A stretch of DNA of 64,000 bases from an uncultured Bacilli bacterium (GTDB lineage Bacteria > Bacillota_I > Bacilli_A > RF39 > UBA660). The notes below the pieces were generated by a model. The model searched no databases. It had not been told where the DNA came from and worked only from the letters and a program-made list of their open reading frames with translations. The stretch's first letter is position 1, and each line of letters begins with the position of its first letter. Below are positions 28,822-38,445 of this stretch, one piece after another. The stretch is taken from the NCBI GenBank assembly GCA_934148015.1, contig CAKPCU010000003.1:16416-80415 (forward strand), read 5' to 3'. A program made the position numbers and the translations under genes.

Positions 28822-29814
28822 TTAAAACCTCACTCTCATAATCTTATTTACAAAGAATGCATAAAGCAAGTATAAAACAATTATCAAACATAATATAATA
28901 TTCCCAGCTGAAGAGCTAAATAGTGGATCAAAATAGTTTCTATCTAATAAAAGAATAAATAATACGAAAATAAATGGAATTATTAATAGCACCTTACTTA
29001 TCATGTTAGAACTTGAGGTTAATGATTTCATCTCCTGCTTTAATTTTCGTTTATCAAATAACATTTTTTCTATTGAAGAAAAAACTTTAATTATATTGCC
29101 TCCCGTCTTATTAAGAATTGATAGTGATGAGGTAATATAGCTTACCTCTTCTGATTCAACTCTTTTTGAAAATCGTTCAAAGACAACATCTAAAGATAAA
29201 CCATAACTTATTTCCATATGCATTTTCTTAAATTCTTGTTTAATTGGACCTTTTAATTCTTTAGAAACTATTTCTATAGCTTGCATAGTACTTCTTCCAG
29301 ATCTAAAAGCATTGTTCATAATTATAATAGCATTTAAAAGATCCCTTTCAACTAGCTTTTTCTTTATATAACTCGATATCTTATAATATATATCTATGAT
29401 GAAAAAGCCTATTACACCTGATAATAATATATCTATAATATTAGCAAATTTTCCCTCAATTATTCTAGCTAGCACAATTACAAATATAAATATAAAACTA
29501 ATAATTATTTTATTACTTACAAAATCCAAAGACGATGTATCTTTTTTTTCTTCATAATCAATGTATTTATTATATTTTAAAGAATATTTTTTAAGCATTA
29601 CAGATTTTTTTAAGATATTAGATATACTTTTTATTAATAAATTGTATTTATTACTTATATTATCCATTAAAGATAATTTTTCATCTTTAAGACTAGATAC
29701 ACTATACTTAGATATTCTTTTTTCTAATTTTAGTGCACTATTATAAGTAATTAAGTAAAATATAATAAAAGTTAGTAACAAAATAATAACAGTTTGAATA
29801 ATAAATACATTCAT
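28822..29814 (-). CDS. tadB: Tad pilus platform protein TadB (T2SS-F family)
   Basis: 330 aa with a T2SSF-like domain (..NAFRSGRSTMQAIEIV..) flanked by TM segments. Confidence 0.75.
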   Translation of the reverse strand: MNVFIIQTVIILLLTFIIFYLITYNSALKLEKRISKYSVSSLKDEKLSLMDNISNKYNLLIKSISNILKKSVMLKKYSLKYNKYIDYEEKKDTSSLDFVSNKIIISFIFIFVIVLARIIEGKFANIIDILLSGVIGFFIIDIYYKISSYIKKKLVERDLLNAIIIMNNAFRSGRSTMQAIEIVSKELKGPIKQEFKKMHMEISYGLSLDVVFERFSKRVESEEVSYITSSLSILNKTGGNIIKVFSSIEKMLFDKRKLKQEMKSLTSSSNMISKVLLIIPFIFVLFILLLDRNYFDPLFSSSAGNIILCLIIVLYLLYAFFVNKIMRVRF

Positions 29815-29830
29815 CTATAACACCTTCTTT

Positions 29831-31168
29831 TTATTTTTTAAAATTAAATATATCATCTATATCATCTATACCTCTGCTTTTTATCTTTTGATAAACCTTT
29901 GGTATACGTTTTTTAAGGTCAAAAGCACCATCTACTTCTCCTTTATCAGTTAGACCAGTTTGTTTAAATGAAAAGATTTCCTTTAAAGATATATCATCTT
30001 CATTAAAACCATCAACCTCACAAATGCTGTTAACCTTTCTTCTACCATCAGATAATCTAGTAACATTAATAACTATATCTATGGCATTTTCTATATATTC
30101 TCTAATAGCTTTAATAGGTATTTCCATTCCAGCCATAAGTACCATTGTCTCAAGTCTGTTTAAAGCTTCTATAGGACTATTAGCATGCATAGTAGTAAGA
30201 GAGCCCTCATGACCTGTGTTCATAGCTTGAAGCATATCAAAAGCCTCCTTACCACGTACCTCACCTACTATTATTCTATCTGGTCTCATACGAAGAGAAT
30301 TAATTACTAAATCACGTATTGTTATCTCACCTGTACCCTCATAATTAACCAATCTTGTTTCTAAGGATATTACGTGTGGCTGACTTAATTTAAGTTCAGC
30401 TGCATCCTCTATTGTTATAACACGTTCATCACTACCTATAAAAGAAGATAACGCATTCAAAAGAGTTGTTTTACCACTACCTGTTCCACCACAAATTATA
30501 ATATTTAACTTAGCTCTTATTGCAGCATCTAAAAATCTTGCCATATAAGGTGTCATAGAACCAGTTCTCAAAAAATCATCAATAGTTCTCATATCATGTC
30601 TAAATTTTCTTATTGTAACAACAGGTCCTTTTAAAGATAAAGGTGGTATAACAGCATTTAATCTAGAACCATCCTCTAATCTTGCATCTACCATAGGATT
30701 TGCAGTATCAATCGTTCTACCAAGCGGTTGGACAATTTTTTGAACAGTTCTTATAATATGTTCATCATTAATAAATGAAACAGAATCATCACGGCTTATC
30801 TGTCCATCTATTTCTACATAAACTTCATTTTTTCCATTAACCATTATTTCAGTAATATTAGGATCATCCAAAAGTTCTGTAATAGGTCCATACCCATTTA
30901 CTTCATTTTCTATTAAATTAAATATATGACTACGCTCTAAATTAGTTAAATCATATCCTATCAAAGCTTTATCAATTTCATCATTTATATATTCATTTAA
31001 CATTTTATTATTAGGTATTTTATCATCAATTAAATTAGATATAATTGTATTTCTTAAATTATCCAAAAGCTCTTTATCTTTAAATATATCATAGTCTTTT
31101 ATAGGAACATAATCCGTTTTTTCTTCTTTTAAATCAAAAGCATTCAATAAATTACTACTTTTTTTCAT
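29831..31168 (-). CDS. cpaF: CpaF/TadA secretion ATPase
   Basis: Walker [10 protein letters not shown], Asp box, Walker B ..[12 protein letters not shown].., His box ..[13 protein letters not shown]... Confidence 0.9.
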   Translation of the reverse strand: MKKSSNLLNAFDLKEEKTDYVPIKDYDIFKDKELLDNLRNTIISNLIDDKIPNNKMLNEYINDEIDKALIGYDLTNLERSHIFNLIENEVNGYGPITELLDDPNITEIMVNGKNEVYVEIDGQISRDDSVSFINDEHIIRTVQKIVQPLGRTIDTANPMVDARLEDGSRLNAVIPPLSLKGPVVTIRKFRHDMRTIDDFLRTGSMTPYMARFLDAAIRAKLNIIICGGTGSGKTTLLNALSSFIGSDERVITIEDAAELKLSQPHVISLETRLVNYEGTGEITIRDLVINSLRMRPDRIIVGEVRGKEAFDMLQAMNTGHEGSLTTMHANSPIEALNRLETMVLMAGMEIPIKAIREYIENAIDIVINVTRLSDGRRKVNSICEVDGFNEDDISLKEIFSFKQTGLTDKGEVDGAFDLKKRIPKVYQKIKSRGIDDIDDIFNFKK

Positions 31169-31949
31169 TCTTAGCCTCCGAACTTTCTTTTGTTAAAATA
31201 AGACTATTAGCAAGCTTAGTCAAATTAGATATATCTAGTTTTTTAGTTTGTCTTATTTTTTTATTAAGAGTTAATATTTCTCCATCAATAACATATTTAT
31301 CAATATTTTTTATGTAAAAAGATTTATCTATTTTATAATCTATATTGTGTTTAATTATATTTTTAATATCAAAAAGGGAAAAATAATCCTTTCCAGTATC
31401 TTTAGAAGCATTATATAATATTTTATAATTAGTTTTATTAGTATCTTCAAATATTGATATCATACTTCTAGAATTTTTTAAATCAGCAGGATCATTAGTA
31501 ACAATAAATAAAGTATTATCACTTTTATCTAACGCACTAAGTGAAATAGGACTTAAATTATGAGATGTATCAATTAATATAACATCATACTTGTACATAG
31601 AAGATGAAATTATTAAACCAATGTATTTACTATCAATTTTAAAAGAATATCTAGGATCTATAGGAGCTGGTAAAACATCTATTTTTTCATTGTAAGATGA
31701 TATATAATTTTCTATGCCATCAAACCTATTATTACTCATATCATCTACAACATTATAAATACTTTTTTTAACATCAACATTTAAACTAAGCGATACAGCA
31801 CCACTATTTAAATCTAAGTCTATTATTAAAGTTTTTTTATCTAAAAGACTATATATGCCAGCTAAATTAAGAGTAGTTGTAGTCTTACCAACTCCTCCCT
31901 TACAAGAAAAAATAGTTATTACTTTTGCTGCGTTTTTTTTCATTTTCAT
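31155..31949 (-). CDS. MinD/ParA-type ATPase, TadZ/CpaE-like
   Basis: Deviant Walker A SCKGGVGKTTT. Overlaps cpaF by 14 nt. No receiver-like N-domain. Confidence 0.7.
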   Translation of the reverse strand: MKMKKNAAKVITIFSCKGGVGKTTTTLNLAGIYSLLDKKTLIIDLDLNSGAVSLSLNVDVKKSIYNVVDDMSNNRFDGIENYISSYNEKIDVLPAPIDPRYSFKIDSKYIGLIISSSMYKYDVILIDTSHNLSPISLSALDKSDNTLFIVTNDPADLKNSRSMISIFEDTNKTNYKILYNASKDTGKDYFSLFDIKNIIKHNIDYKIDKSFYIKNIDKYVIDGEILTLNKKIRQTKKLDISNLTKLANSLILTKESSEAKNEKK

Positions 31950-32344
31950 TCAACCCTTTCTATTACAGTATTACCCTCTGCATTTATATAACCTATATAA
32001 TTAATAGATATTTTATATTTATCTTTTCCTATTATATTTCCAAAAAAACTACTACTGTTTTTTTCTACTTTTAAATTAATTATTTTATTTAACTTATCAA
32101 GTTTTATATCGTATTTGTCTATTTTATCATCGTTTTTATTTATTAAATCAATCATACTATCATATGGATTATTATCAATGTTTTTTAGTCCATAATCAAG
32201 CACTAATTTTGATACATCATCTAAATTATTAGAAGTTACTTTGGCAAGACCTATATCCACTACAAATGCACCAAGTAACATAAAAACAGGTATAAATATA
32301 ACAAATAAAAATAAGCTTTGTCCTTTATTATTTAAACTAATCAT
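31946..32344 (-). CDS. TadE/TadG-like pseudopilin
   Basis: N-terminus NNKGQSLFLFVIFIPVFMLLGAFVVDIGL fits the Flp pilus-assembly TadE/G-like pattern. Confidence 0.65.
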   Translation of the reverse strand: MISLNNKGQSLFLFVIFIPVFMLLGAFVVDIGLAKVTSNNLDDVSKLVLDYGLKNIDNNPYDSMIDLINKNDDKIDKYDIKLDKLNKIINLKVEKNSSSFFGNIIGKDKYKISINYIGYINAEGNTVIERVE

Positions 32345-32681
32345 TTTTTAGCACCCTATGTGTTTTTAGTTTAAAAACACTATTTTTAAGATAATTAAGA
32401 CCTGGTGTTATTGGAGTAACACTCTTTTCTATTTCAATTGTCGTATAACCATCATTTTCTTTTATATTAATATCTAAGTTTTTATTATCACCTATTATCT
32501 TTTTAATATCATCTATTTGCTTTCCATCTTCATACAAATTTGCTGCATCACTTACAATATTTTCCAGGTTATTTTTTTCGTATATTACCATACCAAAATC
32601 AATAAGACAAAAAACAAGTAGTAGCATAACAGGTAATATAATCACAAATTCAATTAAAGCTTGACCTTTTTTGTTTCTCAT
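32337..32681 (-). CDS. TadE-like pseudopilin
   Basis: MRNKKGQALIEFVIILPVMLLLVFCLIDFG; ATG 32681 follows GGGGA. Confidence 0.7.
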   Translation of the reverse strand: MRNKKGQALIEFVIILPVMLLLVFCLIDFGMVIYEKNNLENIVSDAANLYEDGKQIDDIKKIIGDNKNLDINIKENDGYTTIEIEKSVTPITPGLNYLKNSVFKLKTHRVLKND

Positions 32682-32709
32682 TTCTATCAATCCCCTATTA
32701 TCAATTAGT

Positions 32710-32738
32710 ATTATAGCAAAAAATGTAACTTAAAACAA
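32710..32738 (-). promoter_or_regulatory. SigA-type promoter for the Tad operon
   Basis: Minus strand reads TTGTTT, 17 nt, TATAAT. Confidence 0.45.
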
Positions 32739-32748
32739 CAAATTATGT

Positions 32749-32775
32749 AAAAAAAATTAAGGCATAACACCTTAA
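32749..32775 (-). terminator. Terminator after rplS
   Basis: ttaagg-cataaca-ccttaa overlaps the rplS stop and is followed by a U8 run on the minus strand. Confidence 0.55.
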
Positions 32776-33110
32776 TTTCTTTCTTTTAATTTAAATTGTC
32801 CAACTACATCTCTAGCATAGTATAATTTAGCTCTTCTAGCTTTACCTTTTCTAGTTACAGTAATAGAATCTAATTTTGGTGAATGAACTGGGAATGTTCT
32901 TTCAACTCCAACACCACCAGACATCTTACGAACTGTAAAAGTCTCAGATATTCCACTACCTTTACGAGAAATAACTATTCCTTCATATGCTTGAACTCTT
33001 TCTTTTTTACCCTCAATAATTTTAACACCAACATTAACAGTGTCTCCAACTCTAAATTCAGGTACGGTTGGATTTAATTGTTCACTTGTAATCTTTTCAA
33101 TCTTATTCAT
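32772..33110 (-). CDS. rplS: 50S ribosomal protein L19
   Basis: 112 aa, ..[29 protein letters not shown]... Confidence 0.97.
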   Translation of the reverse strand: MNKIEKITSEQLNPTVPEFRVGDTVNVGVKIIEGKKERVQAYEGIVISRKGSGISETFTVRKMSGGVGVERTFPVHSPKLDSITVTRKGKARRAKLYYARDVVGQFKLKERN

Positions 33111-33227
33111 AATCTTTAGTCTTCCTTTCTAAAATATATAACCAGCAATCATGCATAAATGTTAATACTTGTATCGGATTGCTTTTTTGAACAATATGAT
33201 TTTAACACAATATTTATAATTGTGCAA
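33111..33227 (-). promoter_or_regulatory. rplS promoter and structured 5' leader (possible L19 autoregulatory leader)
   Basis: TTGCAC, 17 nt, TAAAAT with TGn (33199..33227). The leader hairpin AGCAATC...GATTGCT (33144..33183) precedes the RBS. Confidence 0.45.
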
Positions 33228-33342
33228 GTACTTTAAAACCAGTAATTTATCTTATATATGATTCCAATCAAATTTTAAATTGATTATCTTAAGAATTCTC
33301 TGATTATTATACCATGTTAAACAGGCTTTCATTTTTATAAAT

Positions 33343-34284
33343 CTATACCAGAAACATATTTTTATTCATACTATGCGTTTTAATAAATTCATTTTCATTA
33401 TATTCATTATATTCATTATATTCACTATATTTTTTACCACTAGTACTTCCTATTTTATTCATCACCCTAGATATTATATCCATTTTAGTTTCATTAGCCA
33501 TATCTAATGTAGACATAACATACAAAAATTCTTCAGCACTATTAAACTCATTAATAAGAGATATATCCAAATTTACCATAGCTAATATTAAGTAATGTAT
33601 ATTTTTAGATTCTTTAATTTTATTTATTAATAATTTTTTATCAGATCCATCAACTTTAAGAGCAAATAAATATATATATAAAATATCATTAAGTTCTATT
33701 ATTTTTTGTTCCATTTTTTTAATATCAGCATCTTTACATCTTAATGCATAATTATATACTAATTTACTACTACCACTATCAAGCACTACCTTTTCTAAAT
33801 CCTCTTGATTTATTACGCTCTTTAAATATTTATTATCAAACGAAAGATTCATAATATTAAATGTTAAATCTTCATTACTTTTCATTTTAGATATTAAAGA
33901 ATCTTTGTTAATTAATCCAGTCTTGCAAAGAGTAAAGAAATCTAAAGAACTACGCCAATTAAGCAAACAAATATCAATTAGACTAGCTAAATAATCTTTG
34001 TTTACATTTTCTACGAAGTATTGGTTTGATAATAATTTTAATATATAATCCTTTACACTATAACCCATTTCACCATCTCTTATAAAATACCTTGCAATCA
34101 TATCTAAACTACTAACTTTAGTAAATAAAGGAACTAGTGCAACTATAGTCTTTCTGTTATATTTATTTAGTAATAACTCACATAATTCGTCTTCATCATA
34201 TTTTCCTTTTAGCTTTTCTATTATTTTACTAGAGTCGTTATTAAAAATAATTCTTTTAACATTTTTTTCGTTAACTTTATTCAT
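33343..34284 (-). CDS. Hypothetical helical cytoplasmic protein
   Basis: 313-aa ORF between trmD and rplS. No motif I recognise. Has a C-terminal EYN repeat. Confidence 0.55.
   Translation of the reverse strand: MNKVNEKNVKRIIFNNDSSKIIEKLKGKYDEDELCELLLNKYNRKTIVALVPLFTKVSSLDMIARYFIRDGEMGYSVKDYILKLLSNQYFVENVNKDYLASLIDICLLNWRSSLDFFTLCKTGLINKDSLISKMKSNEDLTFNIMNLSFDNKYLKSVINQEDLEKVVLDSGSSKLVYNYALRCKDADIKKMEQKIIELNDILYIYLFALKVDGSDKKLLINKIKESKNIHYLILAMVNLDISLINEFNSAEEFLYVMSTLDMANETKMDIISRVMNKIGSTSGKKYSEYNEYNEYNENEFIKTHSMNKNMFLV
33394..33429. repeat. 9-bp tandem repeat (3 perfect copies plus 1 imperfect), in frame
   Basis: ttcattata x3 then ttcactata; encodes (EYN)3 on the minus strand. Confidence 0.9.
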
Positions 34285-34287
34285 AAT

Positions 34288-35484
34288 TTATCTCCTTTTA
34301 TAATTCTCACTTTGATTAATTATAACGCTATTTTTGATGGATTTTGTTTTCACAAACTCTCCAACAAGCAAATTTATATTCTTAATTATTTTATCTAAAT
34401 TAGCTTTACCTAAATATAAAGCATATGTAGAAATTATCATAGACTTTAGCATTTCAGCTTCACCTAAAACTCTTGATGTTGCATCATCGTCATCTGTATT
34501 TAACGCTGCATTAAGTCTATAGGTTAATATATTTACTTTCTTCATTACATTCCTAAGAACCATCTTTTCTATAAATGCTTTTTTAACAATCAAAATTTTG
34601 CTAATACTATTACTTTTATTTTTTCCCTTAAGTTTATATCCACTAATTAATTTAGGCTTTAATGTAGTAACGGCTTTTGTCTTTTCTTCTTTAAATAAAG
34701 CATATTTTCCTGTTTTTTTAATTTTTTTACTTTCTTTTACTTCAACTACTTTAATATTTTTTATATCATCAGTTACAATATTATTTTTATTTTTCTTAAT
34801 ACCTTTTTTATCTACTTTAGCTTTGTTTAATAAGTCAGGCCTTTTTAACAATGTAATATTAATTTGTTTTTCTTCTCTCCATTTTCTAATTTCTTCATGG
34901 TTACCAGAAAGTAAAACATCAGGCACTTGCATACCTTTATAGTTTCTTGGTTTTGTATATGTTGGATAATCTAATAGATTATTATTAAATGAGTCATTTA
35001 AATGAGATTCTTCTTCTATAACCCCTGGAATTAATCTTGCAACAGAATCAGTTATAACCATAGCAGGAAGTTCACCACCTGTTAACACATAATCACCAAT
35101 AGAAATTTCTTCATCACATATACTTTTTATTCTCTCATCAAATCCCTCGTAATGTCCACAAATTAATATCAAATGTTCTTCTTTAGATAATTCGTAAGCC
35201 TTATTTTGATTATATTTCTTACCCTGAGGTGATAATAGAATAACTTTAGAATTGTTTTTCTTTATTTTTTCTACACAATCAAAGATAGGCTGGCACATTA
35301 AAACCATACCACTTCCACCACCATATGGTGTATCATCCACCTTTTTATGTTTATTATTTGAATAATCTCTAAAATTAAGTGCGTTTATCTCAAGTTTTTT
35401 ATTGTCTATTGCTCTTTTAATAATTGATTCATTCTTAAAGCCATCAAACATTTCAGGAAAAAGTGTTAATATATCTATTTTCAT
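34288..35484 (-). CDS. trmD: tRNA (guanine37-N1)-methyltransferase TrmD with a long C-terminal extension
   Basis: Residues 1 to about 221 are canonical TrmD (MKIDILTLFPEMF.., ..SIGDYVLTGGELPAMV..). About 177 extra residues follow without an intervening stop. Confidence 0.9.
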   Translation of the reverse strand: MKIDILTLFPEMFDGFKNESIIKRAIDNKKLEINALNFRDYSNNKHKKVDDTPYGGGSGMVLMCQPIFDCVEKIKKNNSKVILLSPQGKKYNQNKAYELSKEEHLILICGHYEGFDERIKSICDEEISIGDYVLTGGELPAMVITDSVARLIPGVIEEESHLNDSFNNNLLDYPTYTKPRNYKGMQVPDVLLSGNHEEIRKWREEKQINITLLKRPDLLNKAKVDKKGIKKNKNNIVTDDIKNIKVVEVKESKKIKKTGKYALFKEEKTKAVTTLKPKLISGYKLKGKNKSNSISKILIVKKAFIEKMVLRNVMKKVNILTYRLNAALNTDDDDATSRVLGEAEMLKSMIISTYALYLGKANLDKIIKNINLLVGEFVKTKSIKNSVIINQSENYKRR

Positions 35485-35551
35485 AATGTATACCTCTTTG
35501 TTAACAATAATATTATAACTACATTATATCATTATTTAGTAATAAGTTAAA

Positions 35552-36448
35552 TTATTTTTTCTTATAATAAGCCATATGTAATCCATCTATAACAGCTAAT
35601 TTCTCGCAAATGTCCTTATTATTAGTTTTTTCTACATACTTTCTAGTAGTAGATATAACATCCAAAAAGTCTTCATCAGTAAATTTTGGAAATTTATTAT
35701 AGTCTATTTTTTCAATACTATTTCTAATAATATATCTACTTAATTTTTTTGACTTACCAACTATTGGATTTTTACTTTCCATAGTAATATTGTTATATTC
35801 ATCTATTCTATTTTTAATAAGCGATGCAACATCTATTTTTTCATTATCCTCAGTTTCAAAATAATAATAAAAATTTAAAAAGTCATAAAATACTTTTTCA
35901 TTATCCATCTTTATTAAATTTTTAGATTTAATACACTTTAATATATAATTAAATTTATCTTCCATGTATTCAACCGATTCTATTCTCTTTTTATTAAATA
36001 CATAACAAGAAGCTAAATAATTTGAAATTGCTATTAAATATTTATTAGCAAGTTCTTTTACTTTTTTTGATCTAAACAAGCTATTTCTTATAGAAAAGCA
36101 AGATAAAATAGTATCAATTTCATCTTTTCCATCTAAATTAACATACCTAGATAATTCATCTTTAACAACGCTAGCTATAACAATGTTAGAGTTATCATAT
36201 GAATAGAAAAAGTTTAAACATTCATTTAAATTTTCTCTATTACTTTCTTTTTTAGAATAGTTTTCTAAGCTATTTATATTAGTAGAATAATTAATTTTTT
36301 TGGCATCTTTTTCAATATAATTTGAATAAAAAGAATCAAGTTCGTAAGCACTTTTCTTTTGATCAACAGTTAATTCTAAATATAATTTTACTACGTCTCC
36401 TAATTTATTTAGTTTATCAACATCAACTAATTTCTCTGTATTTTTCAT
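35552..36448 (-). CDS. Hypothetical helical cytoplasmic protein
   Basis: 298-aa ORF with its own promoter and an RBS (GGGGGA). No recognisable motif. Confidence 0.55.
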   Translation of the reverse strand: MKNTEKLVDVDKLNKLGDVVKLYLELTVDQKKSAYELDSFYSNYIEKDAKKINYSTNINSLENYSKKESNRENLNECLNFFYSYDNSNIVIASVVKDELSRYVNLDGKDEIDTILSCFSIRNSLFRSKKVKELANKYLIAISNYLASCYVFNKKRIESVEYMEDKFNYILKCIKSKNLIKMDNEKVFYDFLNFYYYFETEDNEKIDVASLIKNRIDEYNNITMESKNPIVGKSKKLSRYIIRNSIEKIDYNKFPKFTDEDFLDVISTTRKYVEKTNNKDICEKLAVIDGLHMAYYKKK

Positions 36449-36475
36449 AATTTAATCCCCCTATACAAGTTTGAT

Positions 36476-36504
36476 ATATTAACAGAAATATAGAAAAAAG
36501 TCAA
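36476..36504 (-). promoter_or_regulatory. SigA-type promoter for 35552..36448
   Basis: Minus strand reads TTGACT, 17 nt, TAATAT, with extended TGn. Confidence 0.5.
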
Positions 36505-36559
36505 TTATGAAAAAAACTATTAACAAAATTCATTTGCTAATAGTCTATAAATTTAAAAA

Positions 36560-37135
36560 TTACTTCCTAGTTTTCTTTAGTGTTTTATCTTTAGTTTCAT
36601 CTAAGCTATAAGAAACTTCCTTATTATCATTATCATTATTATTATTAGTTTTTTCAAGTTCAAATAACATATCATTTAATAACATATCATTTAAAATTTC
36701 ATCACTATCCATCTCATTATTAGATTTTGCCTTTTGCATAGTGTTGTTTACAACAGTTTTTACCTTATCTAATTCTTTTTCTTTTTCTTCTTCGTCTAAT
36801 TCTTCTAGTCTTTCTAAAATCATGTTTCTTTTTTCTACGCACCCATGAGCCGTTTTAAAGATACGATGCATAGTTCTTAAATAAGAAATAACAAGTGGAA
36901 CCCCAACCGGAATCATATAACAATAATATATATACTTTAAAGGAACATTTGTTAGGGCCGTAGCACAAACTAAAGTGATACCAAAAAGAACTAGAGGAGG
37001 AAATACATAAATAAGTGTAGCAACAAGTGCATCAACAAGTGCTTCACCGTATGATTCTAACAACTCTTCTAAATTTCTTTTGCTTTTATTTTTTCTTAAT
37101 TCCCGTTTAAAAGATTTTCTTTCTTTATTTCTCAT
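36560..37135 (-). CDS. Hypothetical two-TM protein with basic N-tail and acidic C-tail
   Basis: ATG 37135 (MRNKERK) follows AGGGAG. A TTGACA-type promoter lies upstream. Confidence 0.5.
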   Translation of the reverse strand: MRNKERKSFKRELRKNKSKRNLEELLESYGEALVDALVATLIYVFPPLVLFGITLVCATALTNVPLKYIYYCYMIPVGVPLVISYLRTMHRIFKTAHGCVEKRNMILERLEELDEEEKEKELDKVKTVVNNTMQKAKSNNEMDSDEILNDMLLNDMLFELEKTNNNNDNDNKEVSYSLDETKDKTLKKTRK

Positions 37136-37231
37136 CAAAATCTCCCTCATTTTGGCTACATAAAATAGCATTTTTAACGTATTATGTCAAATTTATCTAC
37201 AAAAAAACTTACTTATGAAAAATTAATTTTA

Positions 37232-37714
37232 CTATATAAGTCCTTTAATATTTTTTATAGTAATAGTTTTTTTATTTGTGTTAATATTATCTATAAATTC
37301 TTTAACGTATGGTATCATTACATTATTGTCTAATACCAAAACTTCATTGGCAGGAGTATCTAAAACTTCTTTTATAATACCAATATTTTTATTATCTATA
37401 ATAACATTAAATCCTATTAAATCAATAGATAAAAAAGTATTATCATCTAAATTTAAATCATTCTTATTTATATATACCAATGAACCTTTTAAATATTCTA
37501 TTTTATTTATATCATAAATATCTTTAAATACTAACATATCAAAGTTTTTATGAACCCTATATCTTTCTATTTCAAATTCCTTTTTATCCTTACCAATATA
37601 TACCTTAAACCCTTTAACAAACACTTTATCCTTATATCTAAACTTTGAAAGTAATCTAACTTCTCCTTTAATACCATGTGTATTAACTAATTTACCTACA
37701 TATAAATAATTCAT
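37232..37714 (-). CDS. rimM: Ribosome maturation factor RimM
   Basis: MNYLYVGKLVNTHGIKGEVRL.. followed by a PRC-barrel C-domain. Confidence 0.9.
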   Translation of the reverse strand: MNYLYVGKLVNTHGIKGEVRLLSKFRYKDKVFVKGFKVYIGKDKKEFEIERYRVHKNFDMLVFKDIYDINKIEYLKGSLVYINKNDLNLDDNTFLSIDLIGFNVIIDNKNIGIIKEVLDTPANEVLVLDNNVMIPYVKEFIDNINTNKKTITIKNIKGLI

Positions 37715-38443
37715 TTAATCCCTCCTATTTAACTCATACATAATAATAGACGATGCAACCGCTACATTTAAACTTTCACATTCACAATTGATATCAATAT
37801 ATATATTCTTATCAATAATTTCTTTTATCTTAGGAGATATTCCTTGACCCTCATTGCCCATTACTATCGCTGTTTTACAATTCTTATCAATATTTTTCAT
37901 GTTAATTCCACTATTAACATCAGTACCATATACATTATAATTATTCTTGATTAAAAGTGGTATAAACTCATTTAAATCTCTAGTTATAACATTAACCTTA
38001 AAAAGCATACCCTGAGTAGATCTTATTACCTTTTCATTATATTTTTTAACAGAATCTAAACTAAGTACAATAGTATCTATATTAAATGCTTTAGCACTTC
38101 TTATTATGGTACCTAAATTACCAGGATCTTGCACATTATCTAAAATTATTATTTTATTTCCTAATATTTCATTATCATTAATAAATTTGCAAATCCCAAC
38201 AACATTTGTTTTAGAAGGTAAATTACTTATGTAAGACATAATACCATCAGATACTAAATTATTTATAACACCATAATCTAAATTACTAGTAGCAAATGTC
38301 TCAAGTAAAATACCAGAATTTTTTGCCTCATTAACCAAATGATGCCCCTCTACAATGAACTTTTTCTCTTCATTCATAAATTTATTGTTCCTTAATTTAT
38401 TAATATATTTTATTTTTTTATTATCTTTAGACTCTATTATCAT
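37715..38443 (-). CDS. SpoU/TrmH-family RNA 2'-O-methyltransferase
   Basis: ..DNVQDPGNLGTIIRSA.., ..IVMGNEGQGIS.., ..ESLNVAVASSIIMYE... Confidence 0.85.
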   Translation of the reverse strand: MIIESKDNKKIKYINKLRNNKFMNEEKKFIVEGHHLVNEAKNSGILLETFATSNLDYGVINNLVSDGIMSYISNLPSKTNVVGICKFINDNEILGNKIIILDNVQDPGNLGTIIRSAKAFNIDTIVLSLDSVKKYNEKVIRSTQGMLFKVNVITRDLNEFIPLLIKNNYNVYGTDVNSGINMKNIDKNCKTAIVMGNEGQGISPKIKEIIDKNIYIDINCECESLNVAVASSIIMYELNRRD

Positions 38444-38445
38444 AA

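Noticed and set aside
36509-36616. 35-codon plus-strand ORF (MKKTINKIHLLIV..) in and beyond the 36449..36559 gap
   Set aside because: It has no RBS, runs antisense into the neighbouring gene, and overlaps a good minus-strand promoter.
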